Positions 17,055-25,179 of a stretch of DNA of 32,000 nt are shown here, in pieces; position 1 is the first letter of the stretch, and every line of letters begins with the position of its first letter. The notes under the pieces were generated by a model. That model saw nothing but the letters and a program-made list of their open reading frames with translations. It was not told where the DNA came from and searched no databases. Both the position numbers and the translations under genes were made by a program. The stretch spans positions 30,001-62,000 of the forward strand of contig JBGQBI010000004.1 in NCBI GenBank assembly GCA_041494705.1, in the 5' to 3' direction. The stretch is from Candidatus Methanoperedens sp. GTDB taxonomy: Archaea; Halobacteriota; Methanosarcinia; Methanosarcinales; Methanoperedenaceae.

Positions 17055-18368
17055 CTAATCAGTTTTAATTCTTTTCTTTATTTCAGCCAGCGCAGCCGCG
17101 GGCTCTTTTTTCTCCCATGCGCGCCTTACCTTTTTATTATCCAGGAGCGAAGACAACTTTTTAAGCCGTTCATCAACCAGCTTCTTGAAATCAGGATTTA
17201 CGTCAGGCCTTATAAGCTCAGGCTCAATCTTCTTTTCCGCTTTCTCCACATGCAGCGTGCGTGAAACGTCAGGTCTTTTTCGCTCTTTTGTGGTCAGGCA
17301 GATTATCGCCTTTTTCCAGTCCTCTGCCCACGGTGTATCCATTATTTCAGTGTGTTTTGCTTTTGTCCTTTTTACCCCGATAGCTTTTACATGGCACGCT
17401 TTCTCGCATGCGCCGCAATAGGTGCAGAAATCCCGCACAACATCTATTTTCTTATCCGCCGGTATTATCCATGCTTTGGATGGGCAGACATTGAAACATC
17501 CATGGCAGCCAATTGGGTCGCAGCCTTTGAGTTTTGCATCAATGAGTGAAATCTCGCCCTCAAACGGTTTTGTAACCTCTGCGGCATCGTACGGACAGAC
17601 CGCCTCGCACCAGCCGCAGCGTGTGCATTTGTCATCATCCACTTTGATGCTTCCCACAAGCTTCGGAGCAATCTTTTTTATTTCCTCTGCATCAAAATCG
17701 CCCTTCACTTTTATCGCATCCTCAGGGCAGAATGGAACACAAATACCGCAGTAATCGCATTTTGTCTTATCAACGAGCAGGTCATCAAAAGGCATAAGGT
17801 CATCCGCCTTTGGTTTTTTCTCCACAAGTATAAACGCCGGGCAAAGCTCTGTGCAGGCGCCGCAAAGTGTGCATTTCTCCATATCCACGGTGATTTCACC
17901 CGTCTTACCTGCCTTAAACGGTGCCAGAATCTCCTTTCTTGGGAAAGTAAGCTCAACGCTGATAGCTTCTTCTGGACATGACTTTTTACATATCAGGCAG
18001 GGAAGGCATTTATCGTTAAAAACCACGCCTGAATCAAGATGCGGGAACTCCTGCAATTCAAGGATATCCTTATCGTTCACAGTCATCCTGATAGACTTAA
18101 CAGGGCAGAATGCCGCGCACATGCCGCAAAATGAACATTTTGTATGGTCGATGATAACAGGCGGCGCGTCCAATCCTGTGGCTATCTCGATTAAGGGTCC
18201 TGGCTCGATTGCCTTTTTCGGGCATATTTCGATGCATATACCGCAGCCGTTGCAGCGTTTATAGTCGTAATCAAGTAGCTTTTTTGACTTCCCGGTTTTC
18301 TGGGTGTACAGGAAATGCGTGCCTTTGACCTCGCTGTCCACGACAACTTCAAGTTTTTCTTCGCTCAC
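17055..18368 (-). CDS. Polyferredoxin with eight 4Fe-4S motifs and a basic non-ferredoxin C-terminal tail
   Basis: Eight CxxCxxCxxxC(P)-type motifs are present: CNGCGICIEICP, CSFCGMCAAFCP, CLPCLICKKSCP, CTLCGACTELCP, CDYCGICVPFCP, CTRCGWCEAVCP, CHGCFNVCP and CTYCGACEKAC. The gene starts 4 nt downstream of the hdrA stop. Confidence 0.9.
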   Translation of the reverse strand: MSEEKLEVVVDSEVKGTHFLYTQKTGKSKKLLDYDYKRCNGCGICIEICPKKAIEPGPLIEIATGLDAPPVIIDHTKCSFCGMCAAFCPVKSIRMTVNDKDILELQEFPHLDSGVVFNDKCLPCLICKKSCPEEAISVELTFPRKEILAPFKAGKTGEITVDMEKCTLCGACTELCPAFILVEKKPKADDLMPFDDLLVDKTKCDYCGICVPFCPEDAIKVKGDFDAEEIKKIAPKLVGSIKVDDDKCTRCGWCEAVCPYDAAEVTKPFEGEISLIDAKLKGCDPIGCHGCFNVCPSKAWIIPADKKIDVVRDFCTYCGACEKACHVKAIGVKRTKAKHTEIMDTPWAEDWKKAIICLTTKERKRPDVSRTLHVEKAEKKIEPELIRPDVNPDFKKLVDERLKKLSSLLDNKKVRRAWEKKEPAAALAEIKKRIKTD

Positions 18369-18372
18369 CCTA

Positions 18373-20712
18373 TCACCGCTTAAGCTCGTTACCGATTGGA
18401 CCGATATCCTTTAGCTGTCCGACAAAGTCCTTTACTATACCTGCAAACTTTTCCCCTTCGCTTGCGGCTATCCACTCAACCCTGAGACGGCGCTCATCAA
18501 AACCAAGGTCAACCAGTAATTTTGAAAGCACATTCATCCTCTGGGAAGCGCAGTAATTGCCAATCGTGTAATGGCATTCCCCGAACCTGCACCCTGCCAC
18601 AAGAACACCGTCCGCTCCCCTGCGCAGCGCTTCAAGCACAAAGGAAGGATTTACCCTGCCGACACACAGGACGCGGATGTTTCGCAGGTTCGTGGGATAC
18701 TGAAACCGCATGGAACCTGCAAGGTCAGCTGCGGCATAACTGCACCAGTGGCACAGGAAACCGATAACGAGCGGAAATTCATTTATCTCGCGTGTCGCTT
18801 CCTTGATTTGCGCCATAATCTGGTCATCCGTATAACTTCTAAGCTGTACTGCTCCGGAGGGACAAGCCGCGCTACACGAGCCACATCCTCTGCATGCCAC
18901 TTCATCGACAACAGCCTTTCCTTTTATTACCTTTATTCGTCCCAGTTCGCAAACGCTTTCGCAAATCCGGCACCCGTCGCAGAGCTCAGGTAGTACGTAA
19001 GCGCTCATTGGCTCAATCTCGATCTCACCCTTGTGCAGCAGACTCTCAGCTTTTGCAGCCGCAGCGCTTCCCTGTTCGATGGATACCTGAATTTCCTTGG
19101 GACCCCCGGCACATCCTGCGATAAAGACGCCTTTTGTGTGCGTATCGACTGGCCGCATCTTGGGATGTGCGCTCTGGAAGAAGCGGTCAGGACGCGTGGA
19201 GAGATTCAGCATCTTACCTATCGGTTCAGAATCCTTATTCGCCTCCATTCCGATTGCAAGCACTACAACGTCATATACTTCCTGGCATTTCTCGCCCGAA
19301 AGCGTATCCTCGTAATGGATTATTGTTCTGCCATCCGATTCCTCAACCTCTGCCACGCGCCCGCGTATGAATGATACGCCCATCTCCTGCGCGCGCTTAT
19401 AATATTCTTCGTACATCTCACCGCCCGCCCTTATATCGATGTAGTGAACCGTGACTTTTGCATCAGGATATTTTTCGGCTATCTTCATCGCATTCTTTAT
19501 CGAAGCCATGCAGCATACCTTCGAACAATAAGGGTTGCCCACCTGTTCATCTCTGGAGCCCACACACATGATGAATGCTGCGCTTTTTACGTCTTTTCCT
19601 GTAGACGGCGACACAGCCCTGCCGTGGGTGGGACCTGCCGCACTCAGCATCCGTTCAAGCTCAAGGTTGGTTATTACGTTTTTGTATCTCCCGTATCCGT
19701 ATTCTTCCTTTCGTTTGGCGTCAAACGGCTGGTAACCTGTTGCAACGATTATTGCCCCGGCATTGAACTCAAACTCCTCTGCCTTCTGGTTAAAATCAAC
19801 TGCCTCTGCCGGGCATGCAAGCCTGCACAGGTCGCAGCCCACGCAATGCTCATCGATACACGCAACAAGAGGCACAGCCTGCGCAAAAGGTATATATACG
19901 GATTTTCTTGCGCCTATGCCGTAATCGAACTGGTTTGGCACGTCGATGGGACATACGCGGGCACATATATCTATGCAGCCTTTGCATTTTTTCTCATCGA
20001 TATAGCGGGGTTTTTTGATTCCTGTTATCTTGAAATTTCCAGCCCTTCCTTCAATTTTTGTTATTTCAGAATAGGTGTAGAGAGTGATATTGGGATGGTT
20101 CTGCACATCAGACATCTTCGGGGCAAGAACGCAAAGCGAGCAATCATTTGTCGGGAAAACCTCGTTCATCAAAGCCATTTTCCCGCCTATTGTCGGTTCC
20201 TTTTCTACAAGGCGCACTTTTACTCCGATATTGGCAAGGGAAAGCGCCGCCTCTATCCCGGCTACACCTGCACCGATTACAAGAATATCCTTGTTTGCAG
20301 GCACGGTTTTCTTAGCCAGCGGGGAAAGCAGCGCAACTCTTGCCACGCCCATGGCTACGAGGTCTTTTGCCTTCTGCGTTGCCAAATTTCCCCTGCCGGA
20401 ATGCACCCAGGAACCCTGCTCGCGGATATTTACCATCTCAAAAAGATGGGGGTTGAGGCCTGCCTGCTCAAGCACGCGCCTGAACGTGACCTCATGGAGG
20501 CGCGGCGAGCACGCAGCTACAACGATGCGGTCAAGTTTGTACTCGGCTATGTCTTTCTTAACCTGTTCCTGCCCCGCATCGCCGCATGCAAAAGGTATGT
20601 CGCGCGCTACGGCAACATCTTTTAATTGCCCGGCGTGTTTCCTGACATCTTCAACATCTATAGTCCCTGCTATATTCGACCCGCAATGGCAGACGTATAC
20701 ACCTATTGGCAT
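18373..20712 (-). CDS. hdrA: Heterodisulfide reductase subunit A fused to an MvhD-like domain (HdrA2-type)
   Basis: The N-terminus GVYVCHCGSNIAG, the FAD motif VIGAGVAGIEAA and several ferredoxin CxxCxxCxxxCP motifs match HdrA. The C-terminal FLCHWCSYAAADLAG...RVLCVGRVNP...ADGVLVAGCRFGECHY is the MvhD signature. Confidence 0.92.
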   Translation of the reverse strand: MPIGVYVCHCGSNIAGTIDVEDVRKHAGQLKDVAVARDIPFACGDAGQEQVKKDIAEYKLDRIVVAACSPRLHEVTFRRVLEQAGLNPHLFEMVNIREQGSWVHSGRGNLATQKAKDLVAMGVARVALLSPLAKKTVPANKDILVIGAGVAGIEAALSLANIGVKVRLVEKEPTIGGKMALMNEVFPTNDCSLCVLAPKMSDVQNHPNITLYTYSEITKIEGRAGNFKITGIKKPRYIDEKKCKGCIDICARVCPIDVPNQFDYGIGARKSVYIPFAQAVPLVACIDEHCVGCDLCRLACPAEAVDFNQKAEEFEFNAGAIIVATGYQPFDAKRKEEYGYGRYKNVITNLELERMLSAAGPTHGRAVSPSTGKDVKSAAFIMCVGSRDEQVGNPYCSKVCCMASIKNAMKIAEKYPDAKVTVHYIDIRAGGEMYEEYYKRAQEMGVSFIRGRVAEVEESDGRTIIHYEDTLSGEKCQEVYDVVVLAIGMEANKDSEPIGKMLNLSTRPDRFFQSAHPKMRPVDTHTKGVFIAGCAGGPKEIQVSIEQGSAAAAKAESLLHKGEIEIEPMSAYVLPELCDGCRICESVCELGRIKVIKGKAVVDEVACRGCGSCSAACPSGAVQLRSYTDDQIMAQIKEATREINEFPLVIGFLCHWCSYAAADLAGSMRFQYPTNLRNIRVLCVGRVNPSFVLEALRRGADGVLVAGCRFGECHYTIGNYCASQRMNVLSKLLVDLGFDERRLRVEWIAASEGEKFAGIVKDFVGQLKDIGPIGNELKR

Positions 20713-20808
20713 TGGCTCTCCAGATTCTTAATGATTATTAATGATATATATGCTTTTTGTTCAGATGAATTCTTTATGTTATCAGGGTTATTCATTCTTT
20801 CGGACTTG

Positions 20809-23145
20809 TTATAAAACCCCCCTGAAATAATGGCCGGTTGTATATTCCCCGGAGCAGCCTTTTTCTATCTTCTTTCCGGCAATACAGTAATCTATCGCTT
20901 CCCTGTATGCCCTCGTTATTTCTCCGGTCTTATCTTTATCATAGGTTTTTGCTTCAATCCGAAGACAGCCAACACCCGCTTTTACGATATCGGGCACATA
21001 TTCAAGCATGCAAAGCTCGCGGGAATTCATCACATAAGTGCGGTTTTGCGTGTCTGTTTTGACGGGGAATGAAAAGCCTTTTTCATCTTTTAATAAAAAG
21101 TCAGAATCCCTGCCGCTTGAAAAAAGACCGCTCACAAGACCGTGCTCGGAAACCATTAAAGGGAAAAACCCATGCACGATGCACTCAGTCTGACCGAAAG
21201 ACGTCAGGTTTTTTATTTTCTTCAGGGTAAGTTCCGGCGATAATGTTACCCTCTTGCTGTAATTCAAGAGGTAATCCATTGTCAACCTGTTGAAAACATT
21301 GAAAGGATAATCGATAACTATTGGCTTATTCGTTTCCTGTTTACGAAGATAGTATAAAACCCCTAAATTTGAAACAAGGTAACCGTCGGGGTCAGGATTA
21401 TCAAGATACTTGACTTCTTTGGCTATCCGTGGTGTACTTATAAAAACGCTTGTTCCCTTTTCCCTTCCATATTCGATGGCATAGCTGTAATCCTCTTTTT
21501 CAAGCGTTTTCCCAAATGTTTCCCCGCCTATATAAACAACATCGGCGCCACTATCAACAGCAGCCTCAAGACATTCGATAGAGCCTGTATTAACACTGAG
21601 AATAGGTTTAAATTCAAGCTCTCTTTTTTCAATAGCGATTACAGGTTTGTTACACTGGCGTTTCCATTTGTTTGCGCGTATTTTCTCAAGATGCAAAATC
21701 GCATCCCTACGAATCGAATTAAGTAGAGAGACCGGGATGAAAATGTTATCATCAATGTCAAATGTAATTTCCTGCGCTTCATAAAAAGTGCTCCCAAGCT
21801 TCATTAATTGTTCAGCAACAGATTGCCTGGAAATTGGCTTTTTTTCTGCCCCGCTTACGATTCCTCCATGAACAGCAATTTCATTTTCTCCATCGTTGAG
21901 ACGAAGTTCTAGGAGCTCCCCAATTCTTGCTTTTATTGCTATTTTTATCGGGATTTTTTTGATATTTCCTGTCTCAAGCGCAGCCATAAGCCCGCTGTCA
22001 TATGTCTTGAAAACGGCATCGCCTTTTACGACATCGCCATCAAAGGGTATCCTGACCGTATAACCGGGGTTTGCTGCCGTGACCATTCGATTTTCGATAA
22101 ATATTTTCCTGGCAATAACCCCGGCTTCCCCTATGCCGATGCCGTCCCCTGTTCTCAGAGGAGCTTTAAGCTTTATCGATACAAGTTTTTCCAAAGGCTC
22201 ATAATCAACTACAGTGCCAAGCTCTGTACCGATATTATACGGGTATTTGCGGCTCATTAATTCGCTTCCGGGATTCCCAAAAAAATAACCGGTTGTAAAC
22301 CCACGATTGAACAATTGCAGCAATGTATGCTTTTCGTCCTCTGTTACCCGAAAATCCGACGGGGATTCAAAATACCGGTCGATAAGTTCCCGGTAAACCC
22401 GCACAACGCCTGCCACGTATTCATGCCGCTTCATCCGTCCTTCGATCTTGAATGAGTCAATGCCAGAATCTATAAGCGCGCCGATATGTTCACTCATATT
22501 GAGGTCTTTCGGGCTGAGGAGATAACCTTCAATTCCGTTCATCCTGTACCTTTTCCGGCACGGCTGGGCGCAGTATCCGCGATTCCCGCTTCTTCCTCCT
22601 ATCATACTGCTCAAAAGGCATTGGCCTGAATATGAAAAACACAGGGCGCCGTGTATAAAAGTTTCAACCTCTATGCCGGTCCGGGATTTTATCCTGCGGA
22701 TTTCGTCAAGAGTGAGTTCACGCGCCAGCACCACGCGCTTTACTCCCATTTCCTGAAGAAACTTTACGCCCTCCATGTTATGAATTGTCATCTGGGTGCT
22801 GGCATGGACAGGAAGTTCAGGGAGCTGTTCCCGCAGCAGCCGCAGTATGCCGATGTCCTGCACTATCACGGCATCCGCACCACAATTGCAGAGGATTTGC
22901 AGGTAATCGCAGGCTTCTTCAAGCTCGGAATCCTTGACGAGCGTGTTCACGGTTACATAAGCCTTAACGCCTCGGACATGCGCATAATCGATAGCCCATT
23001 CAAGTTCATCGCGGTTGAAGTTGGAAGCATATTGCCGTGCGCTGAAAACTTTTCCACCGAAATACACAGCATCGGCTCCATTTTCGATGGCTGCGATGAG
23101 AGCTTCCTTGCTGCCGACCGGTGCAAGAAGTTCGGGGATGTGCAC
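20809..23145 (-). CDS. Tandem peptidase U32-family protein (two U32 modules; the second is degenerate)
   Basis: The N-terminal PELLAPVGS...AIENGADAVYFGG and the U32 signature ETFIHGALCFSYSGQCLLS define the first module. The second module starts near ILSVNTGSIECLEAAVDSGADVVYIGG but has ECIVHGFFPLMVSEHGLVS, with the Cys residues lost. The start codon is GTG. Confidence 0.85.
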   Translation of the reverse strand: MHIPELLAPVGSKEALIAAIENGADAVYFGGKVFSARQYASNFNRDELEWAIDYAHVRGVKAYVTVNTLVKDSELEEACDYLQILCNCGADAVIVQDIGILRLLREQLPELPVHASTQMTIHNMEGVKFLQEMGVKRVVLARELTLDEIRRIKSRTGIEVETFIHGALCFSYSGQCLLSSMIGGRSGNRGYCAQPCRKRYRMNGIEGYLLSPKDLNMSEHIGALIDSGIDSFKIEGRMKRHEYVAGVVRVYRELIDRYFESPSDFRVTEDEKHTLLQLFNRGFTTGYFFGNPGSELMSRKYPYNIGTELGTVVDYEPLEKLVSIKLKAPLRTGDGIGIGEAGVIARKIFIENRMVTAANPGYTVRIPFDGDVVKGDAVFKTYDSGLMAALETGNIKKIPIKIAIKARIGELLELRLNDGENEIAVHGGIVSGAEKKPISRQSVAEQLMKLGSTFYEAQEITFDIDDNIFIPVSLLNSIRRDAILHLEKIRANKWKRQCNKPVIAIEKRELEFKPILSVNTGSIECLEAAVDSGADVVYIGGETFGKTLEKEDYSYAIEYGREKGTSVFISTPRIAKEVKYLDNPDPDGYLVSNLGVLYYLRKQETNKPIVIDYPFNVFNRLTMDYLLNYSKRVTLSPELTLKKIKNLTSFGQTECIVHGFFPLMVSEHGLVSGLFSSGRDSDFLLKDEKGFSFPVKTDTQNRTYVMNSRELCMLEYVPDIVKAGVGCLRIEAKTYDKDKTGEITRAYREAIDYCIAGKKIEKGCSGEYTTGHYFRGVL

Positions 23146-23177
23146 GAGGGATTATATAATGGGCAGGGTTTAAAAAG
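23105..23177. repeat. Copy A of a ~74-bp direct repeat: the U32 gene's first ~14 codons plus its upstream promoter-like sequence
   Basis: It aligns with 24199-24272 with about five substitutions and one 1-nt indel: tccttgctgccgacYggtgcaagaagttcggggatgtgcaYgagggattata-aatggg..gggtttaaaaag. Confidence 0.9.
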
Positions 23178-23434
23178 ATAGTTGTAATAGCAAGTGTATT
23201 ATCCCGAAATTTTTTTTCTTAATAAAATAGGTTTTTTATAATCATAACCTTTTTATAGTAATGTTGCTTACAAATAATCAGGGCAATTTCCCGGGGAAGT
23301 ATCGAGCATTTATTGATGGCACATGAAATGTTAGACTACAAAAGTGCCCTCAAAACGTAATGCAGGTTACTGCTCATGGGCATTGCACGGGATAAAAAGC
23401 ACAAGTGTGGAAACGGGAACATCCATGAGGAGGA

Positions 23435-24052
23435 ATGAATATGGAACAATTAGATAGGGCGATCAGCATTCTGAAAAATCCGCTGACCGAATTGACAAAG
23501 GTAAAGTCTGAAGAGATAAGCAAAAACGATATAATACAGCAGTACATAGCAATCCTTGCCCTGATACCTGCGATAGCCTATATTATTGGTATGGGCATTA
23601 TTGGAGCCAGTGCAGGATTGGGTGGAAGCTTTAAGTATCCGATTGGAACTGCTGTGACTGGCGGTATATTGATGTACATACTGAGTATTGTAGACGTGTA
23701 CGTAATAGGCATCGTGATTAATGCCCTTGCCCCGAGTTTTGCCTCGAAGCAGGATGAGAATCAGGCAATGAAGCTTGCGGCATACTCAGCTACAGCCGGG
23801 CTGGTTGGAGGAATATTCTACATCATACCGGTACTTAGCGTCATTGTTTTACTGTTTGCACTTTACGGGTTGTACATTCTCTATCTTGGCATTCCAGTGC
23901 TCATGGAAACGCCTAAGGAACAGGCATTGGGCTATACAATCGTGGTTATAATTGTAACATTGGTGGTTTATTTGGTCGTCGGAGCAATAACAGCACAGGT
24001 AATGTGGTCGATGAGTCCGGTTCCAGGTATGATGGAGATTCCTTACAGATAA
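23435..24052 (+). CDS. Yip1-domain family integral membrane protein
   Basis: It is 205 aa with a soluble N-terminus followed by five hydrophobic segments and the pattern QQYIAILALIPAIAYIIG typical of Yip1/DUF1282-like proteins. GAGGAGG lies upstream of the ATG. Confidence 0.65.
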   Translation: MNMEQLDRAISILKNPLTELTKVKSEEISKNDIIQQYIAILALIPAIAYIIGMGIIGASAGLGGSFKYPIGTAVTGGILMYILSIVDVYVIGIVINALAPSFASKQDENQAMKLAAYSATAGLVGGIFYIIPVLSVIVLLFALYGLYILYLGIPVLMETPKEQALGYTIVVIIVTLVVYLVVGAITAQVMWSMSPVPGMMEIPYR

Positions 24053-24100
24053 TGATGAAGCGAATATAAAACCGAACAGAGTAAGCACCTAAACAATTCG

Positions 24101-24138
24101 TCCCTTTTCTTTTTTGGGGACAAACTTTTTTTTCCCCA
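24101..24138 (+). terminator. T-tract plus short hairpin downstream of the yip1-like gene
   Basis: The sequence is tcccttttcttttttgggga caaactttttttt cccca. It has T-runs and a 5-bp tgggg/cccca stem. Confidence 0.35.
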
Positions 24139-24179
24139 GGAAAATCATTGCAGAGAAATTGCAGATTATTAGGGCCTCT

Positions 24180-24239
24180 TCAAGTTCTGAATAGTGCCTC
24201 CTTGCTGCCGACTGGTGCAAGAAGTTCGGGGATGTGCAT
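24180..24239 (-). pseudogene. Remnant 5-prime fragment of a U32 peptidase-family gene (19 codons then a stop)
   Basis: The reverse complement reads ATG CAC ATC CCC GAA CTT CTT GCA CCA GTC GGC AGC AAG GAG GCA CTA TTC AGA ACT TGA, giving MHIPELLAPVGSKEALFRT*. The first 15-16 residues are identical to the intact U32 gene at 23145. Confidence 0.8.
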
Positions 24240-24272
24240 GAGGGATTATAATAATGGGTGGGGTTTAAAAAG
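24199..24272. repeat. Copy B of the ~74-bp direct repeat (see 23105-23177)
   Basis: Direct alignment to copy A. It includes the promoter-like ctttttaaa (minus-strand sense) and an ATG where copy A has GTG. Confidence 0.9.
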
Positions 24273-24411
24273 GTACTTGCGGTTCCAAAGTGCACTGGAA
24301 AATTATAAGTCCCTTTGATACAAATCATTAAAGAATAGGGGGTAATCACATGGAAAACTTTGAGCAACATAACCAAGAAGGGTATATTCACGAAACTGAG
24401 GAGGGGTTAAA

Positions 24412-25173
24412 ATGCTTTTAGGGTTGGAGAATAAAGTCGCTCTGGTAACGGGTGGAGGTTCCGGGATAGGCAGGGCTTGCGCGCTGGCATTTGCCAGGGA
24501 AGGGGCAAAGGTAGTCGTAGCAGATGTTCAGGTGAGAGGCGGAGAGGAAACGGTGCAGATGATAAAGGAGGCAGGCGGTGAATCTATCTTCGTGAAGACA
24601 GACGTATCAAAGACTGCCGATGTCGAGGCTTTGGTCAAAAGGGCTGTCGATACCTACGGCAGGCTGGACTGTGCAATCAACAATGCCGGCATCGAGGGAA
24701 TTATAGCTCAAACGGCAGATGGCACTGAGGAGAACTGGAACCGTGTCATCAATATCAACCTCAAAGGCGTATGGCTGTGCATGAAGTACGAGATTCCCGA
24801 AATGCAAAAGCAGGGCGGCGGGGCTATCGTTAATATGGCATCCGTGGCAGGGCTTGTGGGTTTCCAGGGAATGCCCGCTTACTGTGCATCCAAGGGCGGC
24901 ATAATACAGCTTACAAAAGTTGCGGCGCTTGAGTATGCAAAGGCTGGTATCCGTGTCAATGCCGTCTGTCCTGGCGTAATCCGCACCCCCATGGTAGAAC
25001 GGGTCACGGGCGGCAATCCTGAGGCTGAAGCGCAGTTTACGGCGATGGAGCCGGTAGGAAGGATGGGCACGCCTGAGGAGATTGCTGAGTCTGTGGTGTG
25101 GCTGTGCTCGGATGCCGCTTCATTTGTCACAGGTCATCCCATGGTTGTGGACGGCGGCCTGGTCGCGCAATAG
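24412..25173 (+). CDS. Short-chain dehydrogenase/reductase (SDR, FabG/glucose dehydrogenase-like)
   Basis: It has the TGGGSGIGRA cofactor motif, NNAG, catalytic YCASKGG (YxxxK) and PGVIRTPM. GAGGAGG Shine-Dalgarno lies upstream. Confidence 0.9.
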   Translation: MLLGLENKVALVTGGGSGIGRACALAFAREGAKVVVADVQVRGGEETVQMIKEAGGESIFVKTDVSKTADVEALVKRAVDTYGRLDCAINNAGIEGIIAQTADGTEENWNRVININLKGVWLCMKYEIPEMQKQGGGAIVNMASVAGLVGFQGMPAYCASKGGIIQLTKVAALEYAKAGIRVNAVCPGVIRTPMVERVTGGNPEAEAQFTAMEPVGRMGTPEEIAESVVWLCSDAASFVTGHPMVVDGGLVAQ

Positions 25174-25179
25174 CTGGTT

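Noticed and set aside
19444-20625. A 393-aa plus-strand ORF, together with 20084-20731 (215 aa) and several 70-140 aa ORFs, lying opposite hdrA
   Set aside because: These are shadow ORFs antisense to a very confidently identified HdrA-MvhD gene. Their translations are Cys/Arg/Phe/Tyr-rich with no motifs. Long antisense frames are expected opposite GC-moderate, Cys-codon-rich genes.
18373-20712. Possible selenocysteine or pyrrolysine recoding in hdrA or elsewhere
   Set aside because: HdrA and all other recognised genes read through without in-frame TGA or TAG. No truncated-then-resumed frames were seen, so nothing in this window suggests recoding.
24089-24391. A 100-aa minus-strand ORF between the yip1-like and SDR genes
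   Set aside because: It runs across the duplicated promoter/5-prime fragment in a different frame from the recognisable U32 remnant. Its composition is odd (His/Phe/Asn/Pro-rich). The region is better explained as a duplication scar plus the SDR promoter.
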